Origin: Pseudomonadota bacterium
GTDB lineage: Bacteria > Pseudomonadota > Gammaproteobacteria > Xanthomonadales > SZUA-36
Reading direction: 5' to 3'
DNA: 48,320 bases
Assembly: GCA_022565025.1 (NCBI GenBank)
Contig: JADFKH010000001.1
Location: forward strand, 1-48,320
Shown: piece after piece, positions 9,496-19,355 of the stretch
How the letters are laid out: each line of letters starts with the position of its first letter
How positions within the stretch are numbered: the stretch's first letter is position 1
The notes under the pieces: model-generated
The model's input: only the letters and a program-made list of their open reading frames with translations
The model's database searches: none
Told to the model about the DNA's origin: nothing
Translations under genes and position numbers: made by a program

Positions 9496-11406
9496 GTGAA
9501 TCAAAGCGCAGACTTGCTGGGAGCCGATGGGCCATTTGCAGATGCCCTGCCGGGATTCGCGCCACGCGAGACGCAGATCCGTATGGCCCAGGCCGTTGAA
9601 GAAGCACTGGCGCAAAAGAAGTCGCTGGTGATCGAGGCTGGAACCGGTATTGGCAAGACCCTTGCTTACCTTGTTCCTGCTATTCTCAGCGGTGAACGTG
9701 TCATCATTTCCACCGGCACCAAGAACCTGCAGGATCAGCTCTTTTTCCGCGATCTTCCCCTGGTTATGAAGGCCCTGGGCGAGTCCGCCAAGACCGCCCT
9801 GCTGAAAGGGAGGGCTAATTACCTCTGCCTGCACCGGATGTTGATGGCGCGTGCGGAAGGGCGACTGCCCGGCCGGGAAGCCGTGGCGGAACTTGAAGCA
9901 GTTATAGAATGGAGCGCTACGACCATTGACGGTGACCTGTCAATCTCATCGGCAGTCACCGAACAGAGCGGTCTGCTGCCACTGGTAACCTCTACAGCGG
10001 ACAACTGTCTTGGATCGCAATGCCCCCAGTTTGAAGAATGTTATGTGGTCAGAGCCAGGCGGGAGGCGCAGAACGCAGACATTGTCGTGGTCAATCACCA
10101 CCTTTTGTTCGCCGACATGGCGATCAAGCAGAGCGGTTTCGGTGAAGTTCTGCCTGGAGCATCCGCATTCATCGTGGACGAAGCGCACCAGGCGCCTGAG
10201 ACTGCATCCCGGTTTTTCAGCGAGACTCTGTCCGCCCGCCAGGTCAATGAATTGTGCCACGATTTTCTTGCTGAATCCGCCCAAGTGTCGGGCTCGATGG
10301 GAATTCTCCGCGAACCGGTAGAAAATTGCCTGCAGAAATTGAAGGAAGTCCAATTGGCAATTTCAGACCGGATGCCGGAGCGTGGTTCCTGGTCGCAGTT
10401 GATGCGGGATGAGCAGGTGCGCACGGCTTTAAAGGAACTGGACTGCTCGGTGCGTAAGCTGGCCGATGCAGTCAATGACATGCACGGAAGGGCGCGCGGC
10501 ATGGATAGTTGCATTGACCGTTTGGCGGAGTTGCAACTCCAGTTGGATCGTTTCGACGCCGAACAGTCATCCGGGGAAGTGCGCTGGTTTGAAAAGCGTG
10601 GCCGTGGTTTTGCCATTCACATCACGCCGCTCGAGGTTTCAACACCGTTCAATGCGTTCAGGGAAACGATGGATGCCGCCTGGTTGTTTACTTCCGCCAC
10701 CCTGGCCGTAGGGGACGATTTCCGGCATTTCACCCAACAAATGGGCCTGGACGATGCACAGACACTGTTGCTGGATTCACCCTTTGATTATCCGAATAAT
10801 GCCTTGATGTGGCTGCCGGAACACCTGCCTGAGCCCAGCGATGCGCAGTTCGTTCCTGCATTGCTGGAAATTGTTATTCCCTTGCTGGAGGCCAGCCGGG
10901 GCAGGGCTTTCCTGTTGTTCACTTCGCACCGCGCCTTGCGCCTGGCGGCGAAGTTGCTGGCGGATCGTGTTTCTTTTCCACTGTTTGTTCAGGGAGAACA
11001 GCCACGCAGTGTGCTGCTGGAACAGTTCAGGGATTCCGGCGAGGGCGTGCTGCTGGGATCGTCGAGTTTCTGGCAGGGAGTGGACGTGATCGGGGATGCA
11101 CTGATCCTGGTGGTGATAGACAAGCTGCCGTTCGCTGCCCCGGATGATCCGGTGATGGAAGCCAGGAGTGATATGCTGCGCAAGTCCGGTGGAAATCCCT
11201 TTACACAGTTATACCTGCCGCAGGCGGTTATTGCTCTGAAACAGGGTGCAGGCCGGCTGATCCGGGACGTTAATGATCGTGGTGCGCTGGTAATATGCGA
11301 TCCGAGGATCCGGACCAAGTCGTACGGAAGCGTGTTTCGTAACAGCCTGCCTCCCATGCGCCAGGCGGGTGGCCGGTCCGAAGTCGAGGCCTTTTTGAGT
11401 GTATAA
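9496..11406 (+). CDS. yoaA: ATP-dependent DNA helicase, YoaA/DinG (XPD-like Fe-S) family
   Basis: 636 aa, the same length as E. coli YoaA, and it appears collinear with it: PGFAPRETQ, EAGTGIGKT, KGRANYLCL, DNCLGSQCPQFEECYV (Fe-S cysteines), VDEAHQ, IDKLPFAAPDDP, LKQGAGRLIRD. GTG start. Confidence 0.88.
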   Translation: MNQSADLLGADGPFADALPGFAPRETQIRMAQAVEEALAQKKSLVIEAGTGIGKTLAYLVPAILSGERVIISTGTKNLQDQLFFRDLPLVMKALGESAKTALLKGRANYLCLHRMLMARAEGRLPGREAVAELEAVIEWSATTIDGDLSISSAVTEQSGLLPLVTSTADNCLGSQCPQFEECYVVRARREAQNADIVVVNHHLLFADMAIKQSGFGEVLPGASAFIVDEAHQAPETASRFFSETLSARQVNELCHDFLAESAQVSGSMGILREPVENCLQKLKEVQLAISDRMPERGSWSQLMRDEQVRTALKELDCSVRKLADAVNDMHGRARGMDSCIDRLAELQLQLDRFDAEQSSGEVRWFEKRGRGFAIHITPLEVSTPFNAFRETMDAAWLFTSATLAVGDDFRHFTQQMGLDDAQTLLLDSPFDYPNNALMWLPEHLPEPSDAQFVPALLEIVIPLLEASRGRAFLLFTSHRALRLAAKLLADRVSFPLFVQGEQPRSVLLEQFRDSGEGVLLGSSSFWQGVDVIGDALILVVIDKLPFAAPDDPVMEARSDMLRKSGGNPFTQLYLPQAVIALKQGAGRLIRDVNDRGALVICDPRIRTKSYGSVFRNSLPPMRQAGGRSEVEAFLSV

Positions 11407-12112
11407 GCTATTATCGATTGAGACTTCCGCCGAAAGTTGCTCTGTGGCATTGAGTATCGGCAAAAATACCCGGGAAAAATTTGAGCATGCACCCAGGCGT
11501 CATGCGGAGTTGATTCTGCCGATGGTGCATTCACTGCTTGGCGAAGCGGAATTGGCGCTGGGCCAGTTGGATGGTATCGCATTTGGGCGCGGGCCAGGCA
11601 GTTTCACCGGCCTGAGAATCGGCATCGGCGTGGTCCAGGGTCTAGCCTGGGGCGCAGATTTGCCAGTCGTTCCGGTATCTTCCTTGGCCGCCGTGGCCCA
11701 GGCTGCCCTCGAACGGAGCCCGTCACCCGGGTTTTGCCGTGTTTGTGTTGCCATGGATGCCCGGATGCAGGAGGTGTACACCGCTAATTTTGCAGTAGAC
11801 CTGGATGGTTTTGTAATTCCCTCAGGTGAGGAACAAGTCTGTCCGCCCGGTAAAGTCCGTCCTGAAGGTACAGCCGGGGTCTGCGCAGCAGGCAGTGGCT
11901 TCGAGGTTTACCCGGAGCTTGAAAAACTGGCTGGGGAACTGGGGCTCTACAGACGCGATTGCTGGCCCCGTGCCGGCGCCATCGGCCGTCTGGCGGTCAG
12001 GTGGCTGGAAAACAACAAGCCGTTGCCGGCGGCTCAGGCTCAGCCAGTCTATATCCGCAACCAGGTAGCGATTAAACCCCGGAGGAGTACGGGTCAGGGC
12101 AGCGTGGCATAG
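11399..12112 (+). CDS. tsaB: tRNA t6A37 threonylcarbamoyl-transfer protein TsaB (YeaZ)
   Basis: N-terminus LLSIETSAESCSVAL, then GPGSFTGLRIG and a PVYIRNQVA tail typical of TsaB. The GTG start overlaps the yoaA stop by 8 nt. Confidence 0.85.
   Translation: MYKLLSIETSAESCSVALSIGKNTREKFEHAPRRHAELILPMVHSLLGEAELALGQLDGIAFGRGPGSFTGLRIGIGVVQGLAWGADLPVVPVSSLAAVAQAALERSPSPGFCRVCVAMDARMQEVYTANFAVDLDGFVIPSGEEQVCPPGKVRPEGTAGVCAAGSGFEVYPELEKLAGELGLYRRDCWPRAGAIGRLAVRWLENNKPLPAAQAQPVYIRNQVAIKPRRSTGQGSVA
12090..12112. repeat. Left copy of a perfect 23-bp direct repeat, cgggtcagggcagcgtggcatag
   Basis: Exact match to 13664..13686. It contains the tsaB stop codon (TAG 12110-12112). Confidence 0.95.
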
Positions 12113-12169
12113 GCCTTGCAGGCAGCAACCCAGAGCGCCGCGAAGTTGTTGCAATATTTCCAAGACACG

Positions 12170-12200
12170 CCCGGAAACCTGTTTTGCGGGTTCTTACTCC
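12170..12200 (+). terminator. Possible weak hairpin plus T-rich tail between the convergent tsaB and amidohydrolase genes
   Basis: cccggaaac-ctg-ttttgcggg forms a stem with one internal mismatch, followed by ttcttact. It is not a strong intrinsic terminator. Confidence 0.2.
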
Positions 12201-12210
12201 GATCCCACTA

Positions 12211-13533
12211 TTACTTTGCGCCCATTAATTCCAGCAATGCGACGACGGTTGACTCAACGCCCGCACGTACAGATGGTTCAGGCGCGATCTTGAACAAAGG
12301 TGAGTGGTGACTCGGAACGGGTGCACCACCTGCCGCTTCGCGTTCGAAGTCTTCAGCTGGTGTTCCGCCGATCTGCCAATAAACGCTGGTGATTGCCGGG
12401 TCCGTGGAGAAGAACGGGAAGTCTTCGGCGCCCATTCCTTTGGTTGGGGCGTAGATTACCGTCGCCTCTCCCATCGCGCCGGCCCAGGCGGTTTTTAGAC
12501 GACGTGTAGTAACAGCATCGTTATTCGTGGGCGGCACACTTTCCTCGGAAATAATCACTTCTGGCAACTTGTCCTCGGGCAAGCCCGCGACCCGTCCCAT
12601 ATTCACAGCAATTCTCTGTATACCGCTCAACAACAGCTCGCGTGTCTCCTTGCTGGTATTGCGAACGGTGAGCTGCAGATGTGCCCTGTCGGAGATGATG
12701 TTGTGTTTGGTGCCCGCGTGAAATGAACCAACAGTGACCACGCCCGGATCCCGCGGCGACAGTTCACGGGCAACCAGAGTCTGCAAAGCCAGCACAATTT
12801 GGCTACCGAGCACGATCGGGTCTTTGCCACGATGCGGATGCGCGCCATGCGCGCCGACACCATGAATAATGATATCGACGGTATCTGAGCCAGCGAATGG
12901 GCTGCCTTCCGAAATATTGATCTTGCCGACCACGTCATTCGAGTTCACATGGAAAGCAAGGGCATAGTCGGGCCTACCAAAGCGATCCCAGATATGGTCT
13001 GCTTTCATCGCTTTCGCGCCAATCCCCCGCTCCTCAGCGGGTTGTACAACCAACATAAGGGTGCCGCTCCATTGATCTTTGCGCGCGGCCATCTGGCGGG
13101 CTGTGCCGACCAGGCTGGTGATGTGTACGTCGTGGCCGCAGGCATGCATGGTGAAGACTGTATCTCCGGTAATCGGGCTTTGCTGCTGTTTCCTGGAAGC
13201 ATTCGGCAAGCCGGATTTCTCCTCGACCGGCAGACCATCCATATCTGCGCGCATCATCACCAGAGGCCCTTCACCGTTATTCATGATGGCAACAACTCCC
13301 GTGCCGCCGACGCCTTCTGTTACATCAAAACCTGCTTCGCGCAACTCCCCGGCCATGCGTTTTGCGGTCTCAAATTCGACCAGCGACAATTCAGGGTTGC
13401 GATGAAAATGATCAAAAAGTGCTGCGAGGTACACATCATAGTCATACTTGACCGCATCATTCAGTTCGCTTGCGCGAGCAGGTGACTGCGACAGCAGGAT
13501 CATGCTCAATAGAATTGCATATCGTACAAACAT
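12211..13533 (-). CDS. Secreted M20-family amidohydrolase (M20D / hippurate-hydrolase/aminoacylase-like)
   Basis: Start set at the internal ATG 13533, preceded by GAGGTG. This gives the signal peptide MFVRYAILLSMILLSQSPARA. M20 metal-binding context: MHACGHDVH, QPAEE, IIHGVGAHGAHPH. Confidence 0.8.
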   Translation of the reverse strand: MFVRYAILLSMILLSQSPARASELNDAVKYDYDVYLAALFDHFHRNPELSLVEFETAKRMAGELREAGFDVTEGVGGTGVVAIMNNGEGPLVMMRADMDGLPVEEKSGLPNASRKQQQSPITGDTVFTMHACGHDVHITSLVGTARQMAARKDQWSGTLMLVVQPAEERGIGAKAMKADHIWDRFGRPDYALAFHVNSNDVVGKINISEGSPFAGSDTVDIIIHGVGAHGAHPHRGKDPIVLGSQIVLALQTLVARELSPRDPGVVTVGSFHAGTKHNIISDRAHLQLTVRNTSKETRELLLSGIQRIAVNMGRVAGLPEDKLPEVIISEESVPPTNNDAVTTRRLKTAWAGAMGEATVIYAPTKGMGAEDFPFFSTDPAITSVYWQIGGTPAEDFEREAAGGAPVPSHHSPLFKIAPEPSVRAGVESTVVALLELMGAK

Positions 13534-13663
13534 CGGAAGCACCTCAATGTATAACGTGGAATTGCAGTGTAACCAAGATTGGAATATGCGCAAAGTAGCG
13601 GTCACGAATCCATATGAATCGATCAGCGATGGTCTGGTTGATGAACCACTCAATTTTGTAGGT

Positions 13664-13686
13664 CGGGTCAGGGCAGCGTGGCATAG
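13664..13686. repeat. Right copy of the perfect 23-bp direct repeat, cgggtcagggcagcgtggcatag
   Basis: Exact match to 12090..12112. It contains the stop codon (tca at 13668-13670 on +) and the last codons (..YATLP*) of the 814-aa glycosyltransferase on the minus strand. Confidence 0.95.
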
Positions 13687-16112
13687 AGCGAGTGGTATTT
13701 TTCAGCGACTGCTTTCCAGTCCATACTTTCAGCCAGCGCCCGGCCTTCCCGGGCCAGGGCTTGTGCTTTTTCCGGGGTTTCCCAACATTCACGAATGGCT
13801 TCGATCATGGATTCCCAGTTGTCGATCACCAGTGCATGGCGCCCAGGAATCACCGGAATCCCTTCGATTCCCTTGCTGGTGGTGATCACCGGCAGGCAGG
13901 CTGCGAAACAGTCGATGATTTTCATCCTTGTGCCGCCCCCGTCGGTCAGGGGGATTACAGCCAGGTCAGCTGACTTGAGCCAGGGTGCGACACGCTCGAC
14001 GCTGCCGGTCAGGTGAATACGTGGGTGGGGGCTGTTGGCCGATGGGTTCTTGCCCACCGCCAGCAGGTGGGCTTTGAGGCCCTGTTGTTCCAGTCCGGGC
14101 AGCAGGATTTCGGCGAATAAACGCAGCGCTTCGCGATTGGGTGGATAGGAAAAAGTTCCGTGGTAGACGAGGATCGGTTCGTGCTTTGAGATACCAAAAT
14201 GTGCCCTGGCATCCTCGGCAGGCAGTTCGTCAAATTGCCCAAGGTCAACACCATGCGGGATCGTTTGCATCAGTTCCGGCCTGACGCCGTCCAGTTCCAG
14301 TTTGCGGCGATCATTATCCGAGACGCAAACCACCGCATTTGAATCATTACACAGAGTGATCTCAATGGACTTGAGGTTTTCGTACTGGGCTTGCGTCAGT
14401 TCATCAACCTGAACTCTGATGCGGTCGTATTCCACGTTGTGTTCTACCAGCACCACGCCGCAATCCATGGCTTCCCTGAGCTTAATGCAGGGCAGGGCAT
14501 AGGCGGGAAACTCGGCTTGGAGAACCCCGGCCTGAAGCTGCTTCGCCGCGGCTATAATCCGCCATTGGAAGCCTCGATCGGACAGGGGCATGTACAGGAA
14601 ACTGTTACTGAAAGGGATGTCCTTGGAATAATGCAGCAACTTGACCAGCGGGGCCGGTACACTCAGCATCTTCACCCACCAAGGAAATCTTTCCTTCTCT
14701 GCCTTTCCATCTATGAACCGGTACCAGAATTTCCTCTCCTCGGTCACGATACCTACCTGCAATCCGCGATGGGAAAGTGCCCTTGCGGTCTCCACAGTGC
14801 GTACCGCTGCACCGTGATCGGAAGGAAACAGGTCGCCCCGCGTCACCAACAGCACACCGCTGCCTTTCTCTCGGCCATAGAGGAGGCCAATCAATACTAG
14901 CCGGATCAATTTGAACTGGCGTTTCAGCCGCTGGCCAAGCGGTGGCACACCCAGTACGGGTTCTCCATTTGCGCTGGCAGGTATTTCCGGTAAGCGTGCC
15001 GCTTTCGATGCTGATTCGAGCCACTCCAGCAGGGGCCGGACTGACCGTTCGGGACTAAGCACCTGTGCAACCAGTTGCAGGGCATTTGCAGATTTTTTTC
15101 GCCATTCATCCGGCCGCGACACGATTTTCGGGAGCAGGCTTGCCAGTGAACCGGGTTCATCAACAGTCCAGCCAGCGTCATATTTCCCAACCAGCCGGGC
15201 GATGGGCAGGTAGCGGTTGCACAGCAGGGGCAGGCCATGACGCAGGAATTCCAGCGACCGGAAGGACTGGCTGTACTGGCGCTCAAGATTCCATTCCGCC
15301 AGTTCCACGCCGATGTGCGCGTGTTCGGTCAGGTATTTACTGAAATGACGGTAGGACTCCAGAGCATGGCGACTCACTGCGTTTCCTTTGGAATCAGCAG
15401 TTGCGGGGTCCGGTATTTCTGTCCCGGTATTGTCCTGTTGTTCGTGCCACCGGTAGCGGCCACCGAACAGTACCATGCGCAGGGCCGGGCGCATTTCATT
15501 CGCTAAACGTTCTATTTCAGCCGTGTAGGCCTCGGATTTTATCCACGGCCAGCTTACGCCACCGGCGACCAGAAGCCAGCCGCTTTTCATGGGGTCCGAT
15601 TGCGGTGGGCCGACCACATCGGCACCCAGTGGAACGATCAGAACAGGGTTTGAGTCACGCAAATCAAATCCGGCTTCGATCATCGTGTTGAGCAGCAAAT
15701 GCCGCTGCTTCTCGTTGCCGACCATCACCGCATCACAGTGCTGCAGGTTCAGACGAAGCCTGCGCATGCTACTCCTCACTGTATCCGGCGATTCGTACAT
15801 TTCCTCCAGGGAACGGGGTGCGACGTAATCGAGGATCACGGGCTGTTGGAGCTTGTAGGGAAGCAGTCCGAGCAATTCCCAGTAACTGACGATAATGGCG
15901 TCAGGCGCCTGCTTCATCAGGATGCCCTGCAATTCATCCCGGTTGCGAAATGATCCTTTTACACGCTTGCGATCTGTGGACAGCCAAGCCTGTACTACCT
16001 CGTGACCTGCACTGACCAGGGCCTGGCTGACCTGCCGGCTACGAACCGCATTGCCGCTGACCACCACTTCACTCAGCAGGGGTGGTTCCTGTGTGATGAG
16101 TAAAATCTTCAT
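13668..16112 (-). CDS. Two-module GT-B (GT1/GT4-type) glycosyltransferase, 814 aa
   Basis: The N-terminal half starts MKILLITQEPP, typical of a GT-B fold. The second half (LLVTRGDLFPSDHGAAVRTVETARAL...HGTFSYPPN...GGGTRMKIIDCFAACLPVITT) looks like a classical GT4 retaining-type domain. Confidence 0.75.
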   Translation of the reverse strand: MKILLITQEPPLLSEVVVSGNAVRSRQVSQALVSAGHEVVQAWLSTDRKRVKGSFRNRDELQGILMKQAPDAIIVSYWELLGLLPYKLQQPVILDYVAPRSLEEMYESPDTVRSSMRRLRLNLQHCDAVMVGNEKQRHLLLNTMIEAGFDLRDSNPVLIVPLGADVVGPPQSDPMKSGWLLVAGGVSWPWIKSEAYTAEIERLANEMRPALRMVLFGGRYRWHEQQDNTGTEIPDPATADSKGNAVSRHALESYRHFSKYLTEHAHIGVELAEWNLERQYSQSFRSLEFLRHGLPLLCNRYLPIARLVGKYDAGWTVDEPGSLASLLPKIVSRPDEWRKKSANALQLVAQVLSPERSVRPLLEWLESASKAARLPEIPASANGEPVLGVPPLGQRLKRQFKLIRLVLIGLLYGREKGSGVLLVTRGDLFPSDHGAAVRTVETARALSHRGLQVGIVTEERKFWYRFIDGKAEKERFPWWVKMLSVPAPLVKLLHYSKDIPFSNSFLYMPLSDRGFQWRIIAAAKQLQAGVLQAEFPAYALPCIKLREAMDCGVVLVEHNVEYDRIRVQVDELTQAQYENLKSIEITLCNDSNAVVCVSDNDRRKLELDGVRPELMQTIPHGVDLGQFDELPAEDARAHFGISKHEPILVYHGTFSYPPNREALRLFAEILLPGLEQQGLKAHLLAVGKNPSANSPHPRIHLTGSVERVAPWLKSADLAVIPLTDGGGTRMKIIDCFAACLPVITTSKGIEGIPVIPGRHALVIDNWESMIEAIRECWETPEKAQALAREGRALAESMDWKAVAEKYHSLYATLP

Positions 16113-16136
16113 TCGGCTGGCAAGTGTTGACAGGCC

Positions 16137-17495
16137 CTAGAGCAGGATGAAGGTGGCCAGGCCGATGAATGCCAGGATGCCCACGACGTCGGTAACCGTG
16201 GTCAGGACGACTCCGCCCGCCAGCGCCGGATCGATGGACATGCGTTTGAGAATGACGGGAACCAGTGCGCCGGCGAGTGCACCGACCAGCAGATTGAGCA
16301 ATATGGCGGCGCCAATCACCAGGCCCAGCAGAATATCGTCATACCAGAATATGGCAACGGCGCCGACAAGGACAGAAAACAGGACGCCGTTCAGTAGGCC
16401 CACCGCCAGTTCTTTGCGCAACAGATCCGGCGCGTTGCGCGCACTGACCTGACCGGTTGCCATGCCCCTGATCATCAGTGTCAGGGTCTGCGTTCCTGCG
16501 ATACCACCCATGCTCATCACGATCGGAAACAGCACAGCGGTGGCGACAATTTGGTCAAGCGTCGCTTCGAAGGCGTACAGCACCATGGCAGCGAGGAGGG
16601 CTGTGACCAGGTTGACGCCCAACCAGACCCAGCGCCTGCGCGCGGACTGAAAGACCGGTGCGAACATGTCTGCTTCTTCGTCCAGGCCGGCCATGGTCAG
16701 GACCGTGTGTTCCGCTTCGTCCCTCATGACGTCCACAACGTCGTCAATCGTAATGCGCCCCAGCAGGCGATTGTCCTCGCCCAGAACCGGCGCCGAGATC
16801 AGGTCATGATGCTCGAATTCCATCGCCACCTGGCTTTCGTGCATGTCGATAGGGATCGTTCTGGCCGAGGTATCCATCAAATCACCCACCGCATCGGTGA
16901 CTTTTTGGGTCAGAAGATCGGAGATTTTGAGGCTGCCCAGATAGCTCCCTTTGCGGTCAGTCACGAACAGCAGGTCAAATACCTCGGGCAGTTCGCCGCG
17001 CGCTCTTAGGTAACGCAGGATTACGTCCAGGTTGACGTCCGGACGGATGGTGATGACGTCCGGGTCCATCAAGCCGCCGGCCGAATTTTCGGGGTAGGAC
17101 AGAACCTGGGCCAGGCGCTCCCGTTCCTGTCGATCCATGCTGCGCAACACTTCACTGATAACCGGTTCAGGCAGGTCGTCGAGAATATCGGCGAGATCAT
17201 CCAGGTCGAGGTCATCGACCGCCGCCACCAGGTCTTCGGGAGAAGTGCCGCGAATCAGGCCGGCGCGCACTTCATCATTGACGTCTACCAGCACCTCACC
17301 ATCGAGTTCGGGATTCGTCATTTCCCACACGACCAGTCGTTTTGCCGGTGGCAGAGATTCGAGGAGATCACCGATCTCGGCGGCAGACAGGTTCTTCAGT
17401 AGGTCACTTACCTGGTGCTGCTTACCGGAATCGAGTGCCTCGGACAAGTGGTCGAGGTGACGTGCGGTCTTGTCTTCACGTATTTTTTCTGCCAT
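16137..17495 (-). CDS. mgtE: Magnesium transporter MgtE
   Basis: 452 aa with an acidic N-domain, a tandem CBS region and a C-terminal 5-TM domain (GNAGTQ-like IAGTQTL, DPALAGGVVLTTVTDV). Confidence 0.9.
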   Translation of the reverse strand: MAEKIREDKTARHLDHLSEALDSGKQHQVSDLLKNLSAAEIGDLLESLPPAKRLVVWEMTNPELDGEVLVDVNDEVRAGLIRGTSPEDLVAAVDDLDLDDLADILDDLPEPVISEVLRSMDRQERERLAQVLSYPENSAGGLMDPDVITIRPDVNLDVILRYLRARGELPEVFDLLFVTDRKGSYLGSLKISDLLTQKVTDAVGDLMDTSARTIPIDMHESQVAMEFEHHDLISAPVLGEDNRLLGRITIDDVVDVMRDEAEHTVLTMAGLDEEADMFAPVFQSARRRWVWLGVNLVTALLAAMVLYAFEATLDQIVATAVLFPIVMSMGGIAGTQTLTLMIRGMATGQVSARNAPDLLRKELAVGLLNGVLFSVLVGAVAIFWYDDILLGLVIGAAILLNLLVGALAGALVPVILKRMSIDPALAGGVVLTTVTDVVGILAFIGLATFILL

Positions 17496-17573
17496 GACGT
17501 CCTCCTCGCGCGGTCCGGTCCACCCAGCCCTACGTCAACCGCCCGCATTATAAGGGAATATGTGGGCTAGTGT

Positions 17574-19337
17574 TTACTGGCCCAGGAGAGTTTGTTGTGA
17601 CTGATCGAGTAATTGCAACAGGGAAATATCGCGCTGATTTCCCGTGTTGTTGAGCCACTGCGTCAGTGCGGCCGTAGCCCGGGGGATATGGGTTTCGGTG
17701 ATCACTTGTTTGACTTCCAACAGCCGTGAAGGGTGCATGCTGAATTCACGCAGGCCCAGTGCCAGCAACAGCCGGGTGTAACGCCGGTCACCTGCAACTT
17801 CTCCACACAAGCTGACGGGGATCCGTGATGCCTCAGCCGTACGGAAAATATGCCGCAGCAGCCGCACCATGCCGGGGTGTTGCAGATCATACAGGTGCGC
17901 TACTTCCTCATCTGCACGGTCGGCGGCCAGCATGAATTGCAGGAGGTCATTGGTGCCCACGGAAATGAAGTCCAGGTTTTGGCTGAATTCTTCTATGGAC
18001 AGGGCAGCGGCGGGCACTTCAATCATTCCCCCGAGCGGAAGGTTCGGATCATAAGCCAATCCGCTTTCATCCAATTCCTCCCGGGCTTCATCCAACAAGG
18101 TACGAACCATCACGACTTCCGGCGCACTGGTCAACATAGGAATCAGGCAGCTCACCGGGCCCGCGGCGCTGGCTCTGAGTATCGCCCGCAACTGCATCTT
18201 GAACTGGTCCGTGTCCCTCAGGCATAAACGGACTGCTCGCAGTCCCAGTGCCGGATTGGCAGAGCGCGATGGTTGATCGTAATCCGCAGAATCAGTGGGT
18301 TTATCTGCGCCCAGGTCCAGGGTTCGAATGGTCAGCGGCAGGCCCTTCAGTGTTTCAATGGCAGCGAGGTATTCGCCCAGCTGGGTCTCCTCATCAGACG
18401 CCATGCCACGATGATGTAGGAATTCTGTGCGGTACAGGCCGATGCCTGTCACACCCAGGTCGATCGCCTGGAGCAATTCTTCGGGGCGTTCTCCATTGGC
18501 CTGTAGGCTGATCGATTCACCGTCAATACTGCGGCAGGGCAGTTTACGTACTTTCTCCAGCGATTTTCTGAACCGAACGGTATCACGCTGAACCTGGTGG
18601 TAATGGTCCAGGATCGCTACATCCGGATCTGCGTAGACCACACCCAAGTCACCATCAAGGACCAGGGTTTCCCCTTCCTTGAGCAGGCTTTGCGCAAGTC
18701 GAACGCCAAATACAGCAGGAATGCCCAGGCTGCTGGCGAGTATGGCCGTGTGGCTGTGCGGCCCGCCATGCTCTGTAACGATACCGGCCACGCCGCGTTC
18801 GTGAAGAATGGCGAGTTCGTCTGGTGTCAGTTCGGTGGCGATGACCATCGTTTCAGCAAGGCGATCGGGGATGTTTTCTAAAGGTTTTCCTGCCCCTTTT
18901 TCGTTGAGCTTGCTCTGGACCAAGCGGACCACCTGGGTGATATCTTCACCACGCGAGCGAATGTAGGGATCATCCATAATGCGGAATTGACAGAGGATGA
19001 GTTCAAGCTGAGACTGGAGCGCCCATTCAGCGTTGCATAGCTCGCTTCTAATCTGGTTTTCGGTCGCTTCCCTGATGCTATCGTCACCCAGCATCAGCAC
19101 ATGTATCTGGATGATTTCACCTGCAGGAATGCCCACATTTCTGCTGATACGCTGCGCTAGCTCATCCAGTTGATTCCGGGCTGCATCGACCGCCTGGTGG
19201 TAGCGTGTGATTTCCTTTTTAACGTCTTCGCGCTCAATTCGGTATTCTTCGATCTCGAGCTCATTGCGCTCAGCCAGGTGTGTCTGGCCAATCGCGATGC
19301 CGCTGGCCACAGCGTGTCCGGTCAGGGCCAGTGTCAT
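17574..19337 (-). CDS. ptsI: Phosphoenolpyruvate-protein phosphotransferase (PTS Enzyme I, no GAF domain)
   Basis: 587 aa. Active-site His context GGPHSHTAILASSLGIPAV. PEP-utilising C-terminal TIM-barrel motifs: GLYRTEFL, SVGTNDLLQ, CGEVAGD. Confidence 0.88.
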   Translation of the reverse strand: MTLALTGHAVASGIAIGQTHLAERNELEIEEYRIEREDVKKEITRYHQAVDAARNQLDELAQRISRNVGIPAGEIIQIHVLMLGDDSIREATENQIRSELCNAEWALQSQLELILCQFRIMDDPYIRSRGEDITQVVRLVQSKLNEKGAGKPLENIPDRLAETMVIATELTPDELAILHERGVAGIVTEHGGPHSHTAILASSLGIPAVFGVRLAQSLLKEGETLVLDGDLGVVYADPDVAILDHYHQVQRDTVRFRKSLEKVRKLPCRSIDGESISLQANGERPEELLQAIDLGVTGIGLYRTEFLHHRGMASDEETQLGEYLAAIETLKGLPLTIRTLDLGADKPTDSADYDQPSRSANPALGLRAVRLCLRDTDQFKMQLRAILRASAAGPVSCLIPMLTSAPEVVMVRTLLDEAREELDESGLAYDPNLPLGGMIEVPAAALSIEEFSQNLDFISVGTNDLLQFMLAADRADEEVAHLYDLQHPGMVRLLRHIFRTAEASRIPVSLCGEVAGDRRYTRLLLALGLREFSMHPSRLLEVKQVITETHIPRATAALTQWLNNTGNQRDISLLQLLDQSQQTLLGQ

Positions 19338-19355
19338 GTTCGCGTAACCATTTTT

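Noticed and set aside
18321-18331. ggttcgaatgg, resembling a tRNA T-arm/T-loop consensus.
   Set aside because: It lies within the uninterrupted, motif-rich Enzyme I coding frame. I could not build acceptor or anticodon stems around it.
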